IMG/VR virus record: IMGVR_UViG_3300011223_000002
Span: 62,001 to 126,000 of that record
DNA: 64,000 bases
DNA from: an uncultured virus (IMG/VR IMGVR_UViG_3300011223_000002)
Lineage: Duplodnaviria; Heunggongvirae; Uroviricota; Caudoviricetes
Direction: 5' to 3' (one strand)
Notes under the pieces: generated by a model
What the model saw: the letters and a program-made list of their open reading frames with translations, nothing else
Told to the model about the DNA's origin: nothing
The model's database searches: none
Translations under genes and position numbers: made by a program
Part shown: piece after piece, positions 38,679 through 49,004 of the stretch
Layout of the letters: every line of letters starts with the position of its first letter
How positions within the stretch are numbered: position 1 is the stretch's first letter

Positions 38679-39917
38679 ATGTACGCGTATAAAAGGGCAG
38701 TTGGCATTAACCAACTGTACCCGCAAGGTGAGGAGTTGGTGGATGTGGGCGCTGTACCTACACGTGACATTGCAACCAACTACCGTTCAATGACAATCGT
38801 CATTTTCGACGGACTGTACAACCGCGAAGTTGCCCTGAATTTAGAAGACTATCGCAACGAATTCAAAACCTTCACCGGCACGTTGATCGAATGGTTAGCA
38901 AGTAAGAAAACCGTCACGTTAAAGACGAGTAATGCACTGCCCGGTGACGAGTACCGCTTTGTAACCTGCCACGACATCCAATACCGTTGGTTCAGCTTAC
39001 TGCCCGGCAATGCCCACATGGGCGCTGAGAAACAGGACCGTCTTTCAGTCGGTGAGGCGCCGGATATCCGGGTCATCAAAACAGACCGGACAGCCGTAGA
39101 CTACGAAGCGCTGATCAAGCGGTCCCTGTGGACAGTCAACGGTCATCTGACTCGCGGGGTCACCGATGGCAAATGCGTTTACCTGTTGAATGCAGGTCGG
39201 CATTACCACGTGAACGACAACATTCACGTAACGAACTTGAATTTTAACACAGTGTCTACCCTGAACACCTACGGGATTCAGGAAGCGGACATTGAGTTTG
39301 AAAACACCGATGGTTGCATCTTCTTACACGTGCGCTGTCCTGTTGACCTCATCGGTAAAACGGTGTGGATGTCAATCGGCGGGCGGTTGTATCTGGCGGA
39401 TGTGGTACAGATGGTGAGCGGCAGGATGCTAGTTATTCGCACGGAGAAAGTGGATTGGTTCACGAAGTTATTTGACTCGCGTGACTTGATTGACCTTTCC
39501 ACTGTCTTTGAGCCTGGCAGTGATGCGGTAGAAAAGGATTTCTTTACACGTAAGTCGTTTTGGGTAAGTCTGTTGACAGACCCTTCGAGTTTCCTGATCG
39601 TGTTGGATAACCCCAATCTTCAGGTCACGTTGAAACCTATCAGCACGTACCGTTACCCCTTTACCTACCACACTGAAGAAAAGCGTAACATCCCACTGAT
39701 GCTCAGCAATGGGTTGTTGCCTAAGTTCTTCACTCGCAAGATTACCAACCGGAGACTCCGCGACATCGATATTGGTACACAGAAACGTTATGTAAACAAA
39801 ACCACCGGCACAGGTAACGGTGGTGAACTCTATCACGGTGCCCAGAGTCGCTTCGACCCGAGCGTCTTGAACAAAGGGTATCTCCTCTACATTCGCAGTG
39901 TCCTTCAAAAGGATTAA
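38679..39917 (+). CDS. Conserved virion structural protein (probable)
   Basis: 412 aa from ATG 38679 with AAGGAG RBS; lies in the structural cluster. Confidence 0.6.
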   Translation: MYAYKRAVGINQLYPQGEELVDVGAVPTRDIATNYRSMTIVIFDGLYNREVALNLEDYRNEFKTFTGTLIEWLASKKTVTLKTSNALPGDEYRFVTCHDIQYRWFSLLPGNAHMGAEKQDRLSVGEAPDIRVIKTDRTAVDYEALIKRSLWTVNGHLTRGVTDGKCVYLLNAGRHYHVNDNIHVTNLNFNTVSTLNTYGIQEADIEFENTDGCIFLHVRCPVDLIGKTVWMSIGGRLYLADVVQMVSGRMLVIRTEKVDWFTKLFDSRDLIDLSTVFEPGSDAVEKDFFTRKSFWVSLLTDPSSFLIVLDNPNLQVTLKPISTYRYPFTYHTEEKRNIPLMLSNGLLPKFFTRKITNRRLRDIDIGTQKRYVNKTTGTGNGGELYHGAQSRFDPSVLNKGYLLYIRSVLQKD

Positions 39918-39920
39918 CCC

Positions 39921-40439
39921 ATGACCACCACTCCACCGTTTTCAGTGATGGGCGTTTTGCGTCCTTGGCTGAAACATGCACTGCTCGTCCTCATCCTTGG
40001 CGCAGTGATCGGCAGCTGGCTATTACCCCGGCAGCCGAGTGTGACCTCGCAAACAATCGCCGACATCAAGGCGGCTACCGTCCAGATGGGACGTTACGCT
40101 AACACGGTTGAAGCAAATACCCGTGCTATCGACGCCCTGACTCACTCCTTGACCAAGGAGTTCAACAAAAGGGAAGAAGAAAGTGATAACCTTACTGCAA
40201 CGCTGTTACAACGCTACGGTTACGACATTGCTCTTAACCCTCCTGGCGTCCCTGACCCTGCTGGGGTGCTCACACCAGCCGAGCATGAAGGAAGCGGACG
40301 TCTACCTGCAAGTGCAGGTGGAAAAGGCCAAGATGGAATCCTCCCGGCGAGCTATCTTGTCATCCCGCGTCCAGCTTACCCAGCTCCCAATCCCCTTATC
40401 GACCGTGCCGGACCAACTCCCGCCAAGTCAGCTGAGTAG
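39921..40439 (+). CDS. Putative i-spanin (Rz-like)
   Basis: N-terminal TMD HALLVLILGAVIGSWLL followed by a helical/coiled-coil segment; overlaps a lipoprotein gene. Confidence 0.65.
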   Translation: MTTTPPFSVMGVLRPWLKHALLVLILGAVIGSWLLPRQPSVTSQTIADIKAATVQMGRYANTVEANTRAIDALTHSLTKEFNKREEESDNLTATLLQRYGYDIALNPPGVPDPAGVLTPAEHEGSGRLPASAGGKGQDGILPASYLVIPRPAYPAPNPLIDRAGPTPAKSAE

Positions 40440-40665
40440 TCTGAGCACGTTCCTACTGGAACAGGATTGTTTGCAGAAGACAACACCTGAAGCCAAAGCC
40501 GAGTGTTATAAGTTGACCCGTCTGGTCCTAATCTCAATGACCCGGGCGTTGGACAATAATGCCAGCTTGTTGTATGTGAGTAAGCAAACAATTGCTCAGC
40601 TGGTAGAAAATATCAACATGATTGTTGACGTCCTCGGCGACACCGAACCAAAAGCAGAACCGTGA
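40183..40665 (+). CDS. Putative o-spanin (Rz1-like lipoprotein)
   Basis: Hydrophobic signal ending in lipobox LLGC; +1 frame overlap of 257 nt with the i-spanin; Pro-rich stretch. Confidence 0.65.
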   Translation: MITLLQRCYNATVTTLLLTLLASLTLLGCSHQPSMKEADVYLQVQVEKAKMESSRRAILSSRVQLTQLPIPLSTVPDQLPPSQLSSLSTFLLEQDCLQKTTPEAKAECYKLTRLVLISMTRALDNNASLLYVSKQTIAQLVENINMIVDVLGDTEPKAEP

Positions 40666-40668
40666 ATA

Positions 40669-40701
40669 ACCCCTACCCAGCCATTGCGGCTGGGTAGGGG
40701 T
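40669..40701. terminator. Bidirectional terminator (CCTAC-stem family)
   Basis: 14 bp stem between convergent genes. Confidence 0.75.
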
Positions 40702-40721
40702 ATGGGGTTATAACACATCCG

Positions 40722-41111
40722 TCAGTTAGACGAAGGTTCTTTTGAAGGGTTGGGTGCAATGATCTTTGCTACACGCGTGCGGATCTTTGCCAGGTCTGCA
40801 GCGCCACCCAACACCGTGTTGACGATCTTACTCACGTTCATCCAGCTCCAGGAACAGATAACTGGCCCCACTACCATGATGAACATGGAGGTCTCACTGG
40901 GCCAGACCTGATGCTGGGTGACTGAGATGAACACTGTGTACGAGTTGAACACACCCATCGCACACACGACCAATACCGCTACGATCCCGCCGAAGTTACG
41001 CAGCAGCACCGTCCACTTGCCCAGGACTTCGCGTTCCAAACCACCTTCAGGAGAAGGCGACAGATCGTAGTCACTGGTAGCAAGGGTTTCTTCACTTCTT
41101 GTTGTGGTCAT
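40722..41111 (-). CDS. Two-TMD membrane protein, holin candidate
   Basis: TMDs FGGIVAVLVVCAMGVFNSYTVFISV and MFIMVVGPVICSWSWM; basic C-terminus; adjacent to the spanins. Confidence 0.5.
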   Translation of the reverse strand: MTTTRSEETLATSDYDLSPSPEGGLEREVLGKWTVLLRNFGGIVAVLVVCAMGVFNSYTVFISVTQHQVWPSETSMFIMVVGPVICSWSWMNVSKIVNTVLGGAADLAKIRTRVAKIIAPNPSKEPSSN

Positions 41112-41697
41112 TTGGAAGTACTCCGTAATGACTCGCTATCTGTTCGCAGCGGTAGAGACCGATCACACCGCTGTCGGAAGAGTGATCATCGACCACCGAC
41201 AGATCGATATCCCCAACCTCCATGTAGGGATACTCCATCAGGCCTTTGAGCACGTCTTCCTTGGTACTGCCATCAAAGTCAGCACCAACTACTGCTTTAG
41301 CTGGACGAGGGAGCACATAGGACACATGCACCCCTTTCTTGACAAAGGCATCCCGCAACATGTACACCGCTTGAATCAGCTGCTTAAAGGTTGACGGATT
41401 GGCACCCAGGAAGTTATCCTCGATGATTCCCATGTCGGGTTCAAAGAGTACGATCAGCTGGGTCAGGCTACGCGCCAGGGCGTAGGTTCTGGCCAAGATG
41501 CCGGTGGCTGCCATGTCATCAAATTGGATAGGGATGTCGAACAGCAACTTGTCCCCTTTGATGGTGTTCATGTACAGCAACTGGAACTTCTCTTGAGTGG
41601 CGATGTTGACATCAAAGACGCTGACGCCCATGCACGTGCTTGACGGATCAAGCGACATCACACGCACATAGCCCGGTCTTTTTACGAAATCAGACAC
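41092..41697 (-). CDS. ruvC: RuvC-like Holliday junction resolvase
   Basis: MSLDPSSTCMG, GIIED, AKAVVG...KEDV, DDHSSDS catalytic pattern. Confidence 0.85.
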   Translation of the reverse strand: MSDFVKRPGYVRVMSLDPSSTCMGVSVFDVNIATQEKFQLLYMNTIKGDKLLFDIPIQFDDMAATGILARTYALARSLTQLIVLFEPDMGIIEDNFLGANPSTFKQLIQAVYMLRDAFVKKGVHVSYVLPRPAKAVVGADFDGSTKEDVLKGLMEYPYMEVGDIDLSVVDDHSSDSGVIGLYRCEQIASHYGVLPNDHNKK

Positions 41698-42293
41698 AGG
41701 TACCCCTTGTCCTCTCCGTGGTTCATCCGGAGAATCGCCACTTCAGAACCCTCAGGAACAATGAACTGCTGAGGCGCATCTTCAACAGAACCTTTGTAAA
41801 CCAAGGTAAATTCACCCGTGCAACGGTAGCCCATCGTACCGCTCGTCCAACCCCCCAGCAAGTTGTGGCTGTTGAGGAGCTGGGAGAGCTTCCAGGGGAA
41901 GTCATCACCGCCCATGTAAGGACAGGTATTACCAGACCCCAAGTCATCCAGGAACGCCATCTCCAGCTTGTCCAGGAGACGCAAGGGTGGGGCAAGGTAC
42001 TCGATGTTAGGCGCTGCTTCACCCAGTGCATTGAAGAGGACGATGTCTTCTTCGTCCACTTGTTCTGCTACGCGCGCCTTGTTGACAAAGGTGATAACCA
42101 CATCACCTGTGGCGCGGTCCAGCAGGTCGAGGAGAATACGACCATTGGAAAGGATCGCCTGAGACTCCTGGAAATCCTCGACGCCCAATTGGGTCTGGTA
42201 AAACGCGTTGGCCAAGGCGATCGCTTCGGCGGATGACATGTGCTCCGCTAAGGGAAGGTGGACCTCACCTTGCAGGATTTCAGGAATGTCCAT
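41682..42293 (-). CDS. Hypothetical protein
   Basis: 203 aa ORF in operon. Confidence 0.65.
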   Translation of the reverse strand: MDIPEILQGEVHLPLAEHMSSAEAIALANAFYQTQLGVEDFQESQAILSNGRILLDLLDRATGDVVITFVNKARVAEQVDEEDIVLFNALGEAAPNIEYLAPPLRLLDKLEMAFLDDLGSGNTCPYMGGDDFPWKLSQLLNSHNLLGGWTSGTMGYRCTGEFTLVYKGSVEDAPQQFIVPEGSEVAILRMNHGEDKGYLCLIS

Positions 42294-42295
42294 AA

Positions 42296-43243
42296 TCAGT
42301 TACCTTGTCCGGACGGTGCGATGGTCGAGGTCGAATGAATCAGCATCGGTGCAGATGCCCCATGGTCGAAGGCCAGTTGCACCTTGGTGTTGGCGAGTGC
42401 GTTACGCCCATCACGTTCACTGAGGTAATGCGCATGAATAGCGGACTGGACCTCGGTGTAACGGAACGTAGCGCCGCCAGAAACCGCACCCTGGTGAGTT
42501 ACGTCGATACCGTACAGGACACCCACTTCGTTGATCGACGCATACGACGCATCATTGAAGTAGATCTTGCATGCCTGTTGCAGCTCACGCAAATCGTTGG
42601 CGTCCAGCGAACAATCGAGGATGGCAGAGCTGTTGGCGTATTCGTTCGAGGTCGGGGTGTTCCCCGTGCTGGTAAAATCAACCGGCTGGGTATCGAACAG
42701 GTCTGCTTTACGGTGAATCAGCGGGTTGGCCTTCTCCTGGCCGGTGACCGGATCACGGGTGATCTTGTTCTCGATCGGATTGTAGTTGTCGAAGTTGACC
42801 AACTTGATCCACCAGAACTCGTACATGATGCCGTTGCGTTCTTCAACCACACGAAGACGGTACTTGCTGCGGTTAACGTTGTCGAGTGGGTTGGTGAGCG
42901 GGCGGCAGATAAAGGGTACTGCGGTGAACAGATCGGCATCGATGGGTTGATGCTGATTGACCTTCAACTTGGTCACGCCACGGGAGTCAGTACCGGTGGA
43001 GTTGGAACCGCGCACCCCAACGGTGAAGTATTTCAGTTCGAAATCCCGGCTCTTTTTCTTGCCAAGCGACTCCTTGGCAAGGATGCTCCACTTCTCGTTA
43101 AGGGTGGTGAACTCGGGGATAGTAATGGGCTGGTTGGTGATAATACACTTACCCAGCAGGTTACCAATACTGGTGTTCGTAGTAACCTGGGCCGGAACCT
43201 CAGAACGGTTCTGGTCTTGCGAATCGGTGGCAGAAAGAGCCAT
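42296..43243 (-). CDS. Virion (baseplate) structural protein, phiKZ gp139-like
   Basis: TTLNEK, HQPIDADLF..PFICRP, YRLR, INEVG motifs as recalled for this family; gene order. Confidence 0.65.
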   Translation of the reverse strand: MALSATDSQDQNRSEVPAQVTTNTSIGNLLGKCIITNQPITIPEFTTLNEKWSILAKESLGKKKSRDFELKYFTVGVRGSNSTGTDSRGVTKLKVNQHQPIDADLFTAVPFICRPLTNPLDNVNRSKYRLRVVEERNGIMYEFWWIKLVNFDNYNPIENKITRDPVTGQEKANPLIHRKADLFDTQPVDFTSTGNTPTSNEYANSSAILDCSLDANDLRELQQACKIYFNDASYASINEVGVLYGIDVTHQGAVSGGATFRYTEVQSAIHAHYLSERDGRNALANTKVQLAFDHGASAPMLIHSTSTIAPSGQGN

Positions 43244-43255
43244 AGGAAAACGTCC

Positions 43256-43654
43256 TTACTTAAAGGCCATGGAAAAGGTTTGCTTAAAGCGCATAGAATT
43301 TGACGAAGCTACAACAGTGACGACCTCGGCAAACAGGACTTGCCCAATGTCCGAAGGGAGCATAACAATCCCCGTCACACGACTGAACCAATCCGCTAAC
43401 ATATCCTTGTTAATGGAATCGCGTTGGTATTTAAGCTCAGCCTCCAGCGATAACCCAGTGACCTGGGTATACGGGGTTAAGTCCAGGCGTTGGTGCTCGT
43501 AGAAGACACCTCGTTCCCCCTCAGGGTACACCATGAATGTGGGGTTCCGGGTTTCAAGGTTCCACCCCTGGAACTCGACCTTGGCCGAGCAATCCAGGGA
43601 GAGTCCTTGTAGCCGACAGAACTCCTCTTTGATTAAGCGAAGTTCTTTGTTCAT
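43256..43654 (-). CDS. Hypothetical/structural protein
   Basis: 132 aa, coupled to the upstream gene. Confidence 0.6.
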   Translation of the reverse strand: MNKELRLIKEEFCRLQGLSLDCSAKVEFQGWNLETRNPTFMVYPEGERGVFYEHQRLDLTPYTQVTGLSLEAELKYQRDSINKDMLADWFSRVTGIVMLPSDIGQVLFAEVVTVVASSNSMRFKQTFSMAFK

Positions 43655-45939
43655 CAGTTATCACCACCCAAGGGTTTGTAGATCAACCGTCCATAAAGAG
43701 CAGGGTCTACCTTTATTAAGGACATATCGTCATCAAAAGGACGGTACACCAATCGATCGTAGAACGTCGGCCTGATGTATTCCTCGAGATCCGGGTACTC
43801 CAGCGGTGGCAGTACGTCCGGCGGAATGACCCGCGCGTCGCCGGTGAACTCACGGAAGTAGGAATTGTCCTCTATCCGTACGGCATAAGCCCGAACATCG
43901 TTGTAGATATCCACAGGTTTGAAGACGTCCTGCTCGGGGAATGTTGCAAACCCGCCGCTGAACGCCACCACGTCAAGTCCAGTGCAATCCACGAGAGGTA
44001 TGCGGTTCTCCATATGAGCATCAACGCTCATGATCGACCCTGCATCAAAGCTGATGCGTGTAGGGTCCAAGTAGGAGCCATTCCCTCCATTAACAAGCCG
44101 TGGATCGCCAATGAACATCTCATTGATCAACTCAATGCTTTCTTGTCCGTCATCCATCTCTTTAATGACATGAATGGTGTAGGACGTCAGGGTGGACATG
44201 ATGTCAATCAGCTGCGCTTGCTTACTCCGCAGCGACGGCGAAGAGGAGCTGTCCCAACCTGTGATCCGTTTAAAGATCTCCCATGCAAAATTACGGCATT
44301 CTTCTGGGTTGTAATCCCTCAGGTGCAGTTCATAGCGGTCCAGCAGGTCGTCGTACTGACCCACGTCAGTCAATGTAACAATCCCTGACTCGTACATGAA
44401 ATCACAAGCCGCTTTAACACGTGCCCGTTTGTTCAAGTCGTAGAACTGACTGTACATCTTCGTGTGGTTCCACATCGCCCGGTAGACGTCTTCAGAATAC
44501 TCCATGAGGTATTCGGGCGCGATGAAGGGCTTGACCCCCACCCAATGCTCACGAATGTCATAGGCCAACACCGGCGGCCAGAGGAATTCCCGACCCGCGA
44601 TATCAAACAACTGATCCACAGTCGGCAGCGACGCTTTCATGACATTGTGGTAGTAGGCCGGAGCGATAGCCGAGGGTCGTTCCCCACGCGCCTGGTCGAT
44701 CAAGAACCGCCAGATGTAGTACGCGTCCCCAACCGGTAGACGGTATTGCTTCCCCGTCTTAGGGTCGGTGACCAAGATGCGGCCCTTGTAATACCCCTTT
44801 CCTGCCAGGTACACCCAGTTGTTGTACACCGTCGACATAACCGTGGTGGCATGACGATTGGTGTAATCGGCCATCTTCGATTCGAGGGCTTTTGTCGGCA
44901 GTTCAGACTGTAGGCTGTATTTGCCCTTAGCCAGCGCATCTTCATAGTAGATCTCGGTTTGATCCGAGTTCTCCTTTGCCATTGGCTGCTGCTTGACAAT
45001 CATTTGCTGAGTGTCAATAAAGGTAGCGTAGCGCCCATACTGCTCCTGAAGGTTGAGGTGCAGTTTGCGGTAGAGCGGCGTAGGTGTTAATTGCTCCAGC
45101 TGGGTTTCGGTATTCTCAATCAGGTCGTACTTAGCAATCGGTATTTGTGCATGTGTCAACAGATTATCAATCAGCTTATCCAGCACGTATTGTTGCCCGG
45201 CGTTTTGCTTTAGCCAGGCAATGTTGCGGTACAACCACATCACCTGGTATTTATCCAGACTACTCTTGTTCTTTGAATACTCGCCATAGGAGTCTATGTG
45301 ACTCCAGATGTAAAAGTCATGAACGTAGCGGGTACCGATAGCAGCGTGGCGGATGGTACAGATTGCTTTGATAAGGTTTGCCGCCAGCAACATGATGCTA
45401 CAGGGCAGGAACAAATTGTCCGTTACCTTGTATTCATGGTCAAACAGGATTTGCTGTTGACTGTTAATCCAGGTCTGCAGTTGTGGGATCAGTTGATCTT
45501 CGTTCCACAGTACTAGGCTCTTGTTGTACCGGAGGATCTTATAGTCCTCAGCCTCGATCGTCTCTTCATAATCGATCGGGGACAAGATCCCTTTGATCAA
45601 TTCGGTCTGACCTGGGAAGAGTTCTGTGAGGCGTTTGAAGGCGTAGCCACCTCGGCGGTACTCACGGAAGGTCTGCAAGTGCACCAAACTGTTGCTCTTG
45701 TTAAAGACGATTTCCTCACCCGTGTCGATCGAAACGACCTTCATGATTTCATCGGTTGGGTGGTAATCCCCGTTGAGGTTCATGTAGTAACGCCAGGTGC
45801 GTTTATCGAACCCAACAGCGTAACCACTTCGCTCTAGCACTTCGTTATCTCGTAACGCGAGTGCCTCTATTTTGATGACCATTGTTCTCGTCAAGCGAAA
45901 GACATCGGTCATGTACGCGTTAAATTCGATATTGTCCAT
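43654..45939 (-). CDS. Virion structural (baseplate) protein, phiKZ gp128-like
   Basis: TWRYYMNLNGDYHPTDE, WLYRNI..L..NAG, LPTKALES motifs; adjacent to the portal. Confidence 0.7.
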   Translation of the reverse strand: MDNIEFNAYMTDVFRLTRTMVIKIEALALRDNEVLERSGYAVGFDKRTWRYYMNLNGDYHPTDEIMKVVSIDTGEEIVFNKSNSLVHLQTFREYRRGGYAFKRLTELFPGQTELIKGILSPIDYEETIEAEDYKILRYNKSLVLWNEDQLIPQLQTWINSQQQILFDHEYKVTDNLFLPCSIMLLAANLIKAICTIRHAAIGTRYVHDFYIWSHIDSYGEYSKNKSSLDKYQVMWLYRNIAWLKQNAGQQYVLDKLIDNLLTHAQIPIAKYDLIENTETQLEQLTPTPLYRKLHLNLQEQYGRYATFIDTQQMIVKQQPMAKENSDQTEIYYEDALAKGKYSLQSELPTKALESKMADYTNRHATTVMSTVYNNWVYLAGKGYYKGRILVTDPKTGKQYRLPVGDAYYIWRFLIDQARGERPSAIAPAYYHNVMKASLPTVDQLFDIAGREFLWPPVLAYDIREHWVGVKPFIAPEYLMEYSEDVYRAMWNHTKMYSQFYDLNKRARVKAACDFMYESGIVTLTDVGQYDDLLDRYELHLRDYNPEECRNFAWEIFKRITGWDSSSSPSLRSKQAQLIDIMSTLTSYTIHVIKEMDDGQESIELINEMFIGDPRLVNGGNGSYLDPTRISFDAGSIMSVDAHMENRIPLVDCTGLDVVAFSGGFATFPEQDVFKPVDIYNDVRAYAVRIEDNSYFREFTGDARVIPPDVLPPLEYPDLEEYIRPTFYDRLVYRPFDDDMSLIKVDPALYGRLIYKPLGGDN

Positions 45940-45961
45940 AATTCACTCTAAGAGGTTAACA

Positions 45962-48928
45962 ATGGCCAACCCAACTCGTGGGGGCAGCAAGGGCAACGGT
46001 CCCGTGGACTACACTGCCTTGCGTAAAGATTTGACGAAGGGTAACCCTGCCCTTGATTTTACCCTGGGTCTGGCCGTCGCCCGAAATGCATCGGGACCGG
46101 AATCGGACGAATTGCAAAAGCACAAGGTTATCAATCACGACAAGCTCCGGCGCCTCAGTGATGTGACCAGCAACAACATCCACGCGGCGGCAGAACTACG
46201 TGCCATCACCCCTTACATTGGTAAGGCCGAACTGATTTGGCAGACCCTGCTCTGCCATCCGAACGGCAAGCAGGACCGTATCCTTTCTCGGGATACACAG
46301 AACTCATCCATTAAGAATGCCGCGTTGCACGCGGAACTCTTAAAAGTCTGGGATGAGTACTACACCAATGACTATAAAATCGAGAAGGATTTGAAGAAAA
46401 TCATTTCTGATATCCTTTTCAACACGGGCAGTTATCCCTTGATGACGCTCAGCAACCCCGACTTGGATTACCTGATCAACGGCAGTGAGATTGCGGGTAT
46501 CGCCGGTAACGAAAACTTTGTCCAGTTGGCGCGGCAAGGTATCCGTAAAGAGTTTATTGAAGACCCTGCCACTAAAACGCTCCGGATGCGCAACCACGGT
46601 CGTTTTATCCGTAACCCTGACAAATCGGAAGACAGGACCGCTTGGAGTGGTCTGGAATCCATCCTTTCTGGCGGGAGTGGTTCTTCTGCTGAGATGGAAT
46701 TCAACCTCCTGGGTAAAGAAGACGATAGCAATGTTTGCGGCATCACGATTACCGACAACCTGAACGCGCTCTACCTGCAGCGTATTGAAAAGGTTATCCG
46801 TAACGAAGACATTGCGAAGGTTACCGGTGTGGAGAATCTCGGCCTGGTCATCCAGGCGGCCATGACCGAGAAACCAACAGCCCCGGCAGGAACCGCTACC
46901 TACACCGATGCCAATGGCAAGAAGCACGAGGCCAAGGTAGCCCCGAACCCTATTGCCAAGACGAAAAACCTGACCGAGCAACAGCTGGAAGAGGTTACCC
47001 GTAAAACCTTCCCATTCCGTAACGTTCAACCACAAAGTGTCCAGTTCGTTAAGCCGATGGATGCATTGTCGCGAAAACCGTTTGGACGAGGCATCACGTT
47101 TAAACTGCCTTCAGAGGCTGTGGTTCCCGTGGGCAATGACTTCATTGTCTTGCTCGATCCAAAGACAGGTGGCTTCCTTAACACGGCCAGTGAGTTCGAG
47201 TTCTACCAGACAAACCCCAAAAGCCAAACGCAACAACGCCCTAATGCCGGATCGACTAACCAGCTGATCAGTAACCTCAAGCGCATTCAGGAAGGCAAAG
47301 CGTGTGATTTCGACATGCACGAATTCACCGAGATGACCAAGGCCAAGCTCATGGAGCGTTTCATTGCCTGTTCGGTTTCGGGGCGCGGGGCTAACATCTC
47401 AGTAGAGCTCAGTGATGAGGTCGTCAAGATCTTCTTGTCGCGTATGTTCCGTGGGCAGGGCGTGCGGTGTCTCTACGTTCCGGGCGAAGCCATGACCTAT
47501 ATGGCATTGAACTACAACGGCATGGGTGTTGGGCAGTCGCTGACCCAACAGGCTAAATCGCACATCCTGCGGTTGGCGGCATTGGACCTGGCAGACACTC
47601 TGGCCAACTTGGAAGCGGCAACCCCGCACACCGAGATGATCGTCCGACTGGACCCTAAATCGCCCGAGCCCTTTGCTGACGTTGCCATGGCACAGGAAGC
47701 GTTCTTTACCTCCAACCCGCACAACGCTTCACTGTTGACCTCGAGTATTATTTCGGTTCCTCAGATTGCTGAGAGTATCCGACGTAACTCCCTCACCGTC
47801 AAAGTGGAGGCAAACGAGAACCCCTTCTACCCGAAGACCGATATTGTTACACAGCAAAAGGAGAAAGGTAACTTCAAGGCGATTGATAGTGCTAGTCGCG
47901 AAGAGCTGTTGAACAAGATCTCCAACTACCTGCACCTGTCACGTTCATGGCTTGATATTGCCAACGACCAGAACAACTTCCAGATCGAGGCGATAGCGCA
48001 GCAGGAACTGCTGCTGAACCAAATCGTTAACTGGCAAGAAATGCTGGGCGATCAGCTGGGTGATTTCGAACGCAAACATGCGATGAAGAATATCCCATTT
48101 GTTCAAGACTTGGTGGAGGTCGTTAAGGAGAACCGTAAACTGTGGACACCTGACAGCAAAGAAGAGTTGCCAGGGGATGACAATGCCAAAGTCAATGCCA
48201 TCTTGTTCGACTTTATCAACAACTTGATTGTTTCCTTCCCTGCTCCTGCTAGCATCGACAACGCTTCCAAGCTCAAAGACAACCTCACAGCAGTCAATGA
48301 GCTTATTAAGGCCTGGGTCGACATGGCGTGCATCGGCGACAACATGACGCAAATCGCCAAGCTACTGGGTCTCAGCACGGAAGAGGGTGACGACGATACC
48401 AAGGTCTCTGAGCTTTACATTAAAGAACAGGTGACTTCGGTATTGATGGTTGAGGCCTTCCGTCGTTATAACCTCCCTATGCCGTTCGACTCCATTGTGA
48501 ACGCCGGTGAAGGGGGTGGGATGGCGAGCATTGTCAATGATGTCATTGCTCAGCGTCGTAACTTGGCGTTGTTCTTGTCGGAAATGGCGATTGGTGTTAA
48601 CGAGGCGGACGTCAAGATCCTGAAGACTTACGCCAAGAAGATCGATAACTCGCTGGCCAAGTTGCGTAAGGCCAAAGAGGCTATCGCCGCACCATTGGGA
48701 GAAGACGAAAACAACGCATTGTCCAACGATGATGAGTTTGGCGCTACTCCTGATCCTGAGGACGCCGGGCTGGACGATGACGGGGCTCCAGGCGGAGACG
48801 ATCCAATCACCGACCCTGATACAGATTCCCCAGAGGAAGAAGAGGAAGAGGATCCGGACAGTCAGAGTAATAACGACGGCACGGACCCAAGCAAGAACGA
48901 TCCCGATCACCAACCGTTCCAGAGCTAA
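45962..48928 (+). CDS. Portal protein (phiKZ gp129-like)
   Basis: ~990 aa from ATG 45962 (GAGG RBS); DILFNTGSY, ITDN, LPSEAVVPV, LYVP, GVGQSL motifs; acidic disordered tail; gene order. Confidence 0.7.
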   Translation: MANPTRGGSKGNGPVDYTALRKDLTKGNPALDFTLGLAVARNASGPESDELQKHKVINHDKLRRLSDVTSNNIHAAAELRAITPYIGKAELIWQTLLCHPNGKQDRILSRDTQNSSIKNAALHAELLKVWDEYYTNDYKIEKDLKKIISDILFNTGSYPLMTLSNPDLDYLINGSEIAGIAGNENFVQLARQGIRKEFIEDPATKTLRMRNHGRFIRNPDKSEDRTAWSGLESILSGGSGSSAEMEFNLLGKEDDSNVCGITITDNLNALYLQRIEKVIRNEDIAKVTGVENLGLVIQAAMTEKPTAPAGTATYTDANGKKHEAKVAPNPIAKTKNLTEQQLEEVTRKTFPFRNVQPQSVQFVKPMDALSRKPFGRGITFKLPSEAVVPVGNDFIVLLDPKTGGFLNTASEFEFYQTNPKSQTQQRPNAGSTNQLISNLKRIQEGKACDFDMHEFTEMTKAKLMERFIACSVSGRGANISVELSDEVVKIFLSRMFRGQGVRCLYVPGEAMTYMALNYNGMGVGQSLTQQAKSHILRLAALDLADTLANLEAATPHTEMIVRLDPKSPEPFADVAMAQEAFFTSNPHNASLLTSSIISVPQIAESIRRNSLTVKVEANENPFYPKTDIVTQQKEKGNFKAIDSASREELLNKISNYLHLSRSWLDIANDQNNFQIEAIAQQELLLNQIVNWQEMLGDQLGDFERKHAMKNIPFVQDLVEVVKENRKLWTPDSKEELPGDDNAKVNAILFDFINNLIVSFPAPASIDNASKLKDNLTAVNELIKAWVDMACIGDNMTQIAKLLGLSTEEGDDDTKVSELYIKEQVTSVLMVEAFRRYNLPMPFDSIVNAGEGGGMASIVNDVIAQRRNLALFLSEMAIGVNEADVKILKTYAKKIDNSLAKLRKAKEAIAAPLGEDENNALSNDDEFGATPDPEDAGLDDDGAPGGDDPITDPDTDSPEEEEEEDPDSQSNNDGTDPSKNDPDHQPFQS

Positions 48929-48950
48929 CGCAAAAAAAGAAGTACTTTAT

Positions 48951-48989
48951 ACCCTACCCCTACAGCCTCTTGGGCTGTAGGGGTAGGGT
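48951..48989. terminator. Bidirectional terminator (CCTAC-stem family)
   Basis: 17 bp stem between convergent genes. Confidence 0.75.
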
Positions 48990-49004
48990 TATTTCTGCAA
49001 GGGC

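Noticed and set aside
38552..38779. 75 aa minus-strand ORF upstream of the tail cluster
   Set aside because: Overlaps the start of the well-supported + strand gene and the likely divergent promoter region
48700..48928. Low-complexity acidic D/E/P stretch
   Set aside because: Disordered portal C-terminus, not a DNA repeat element
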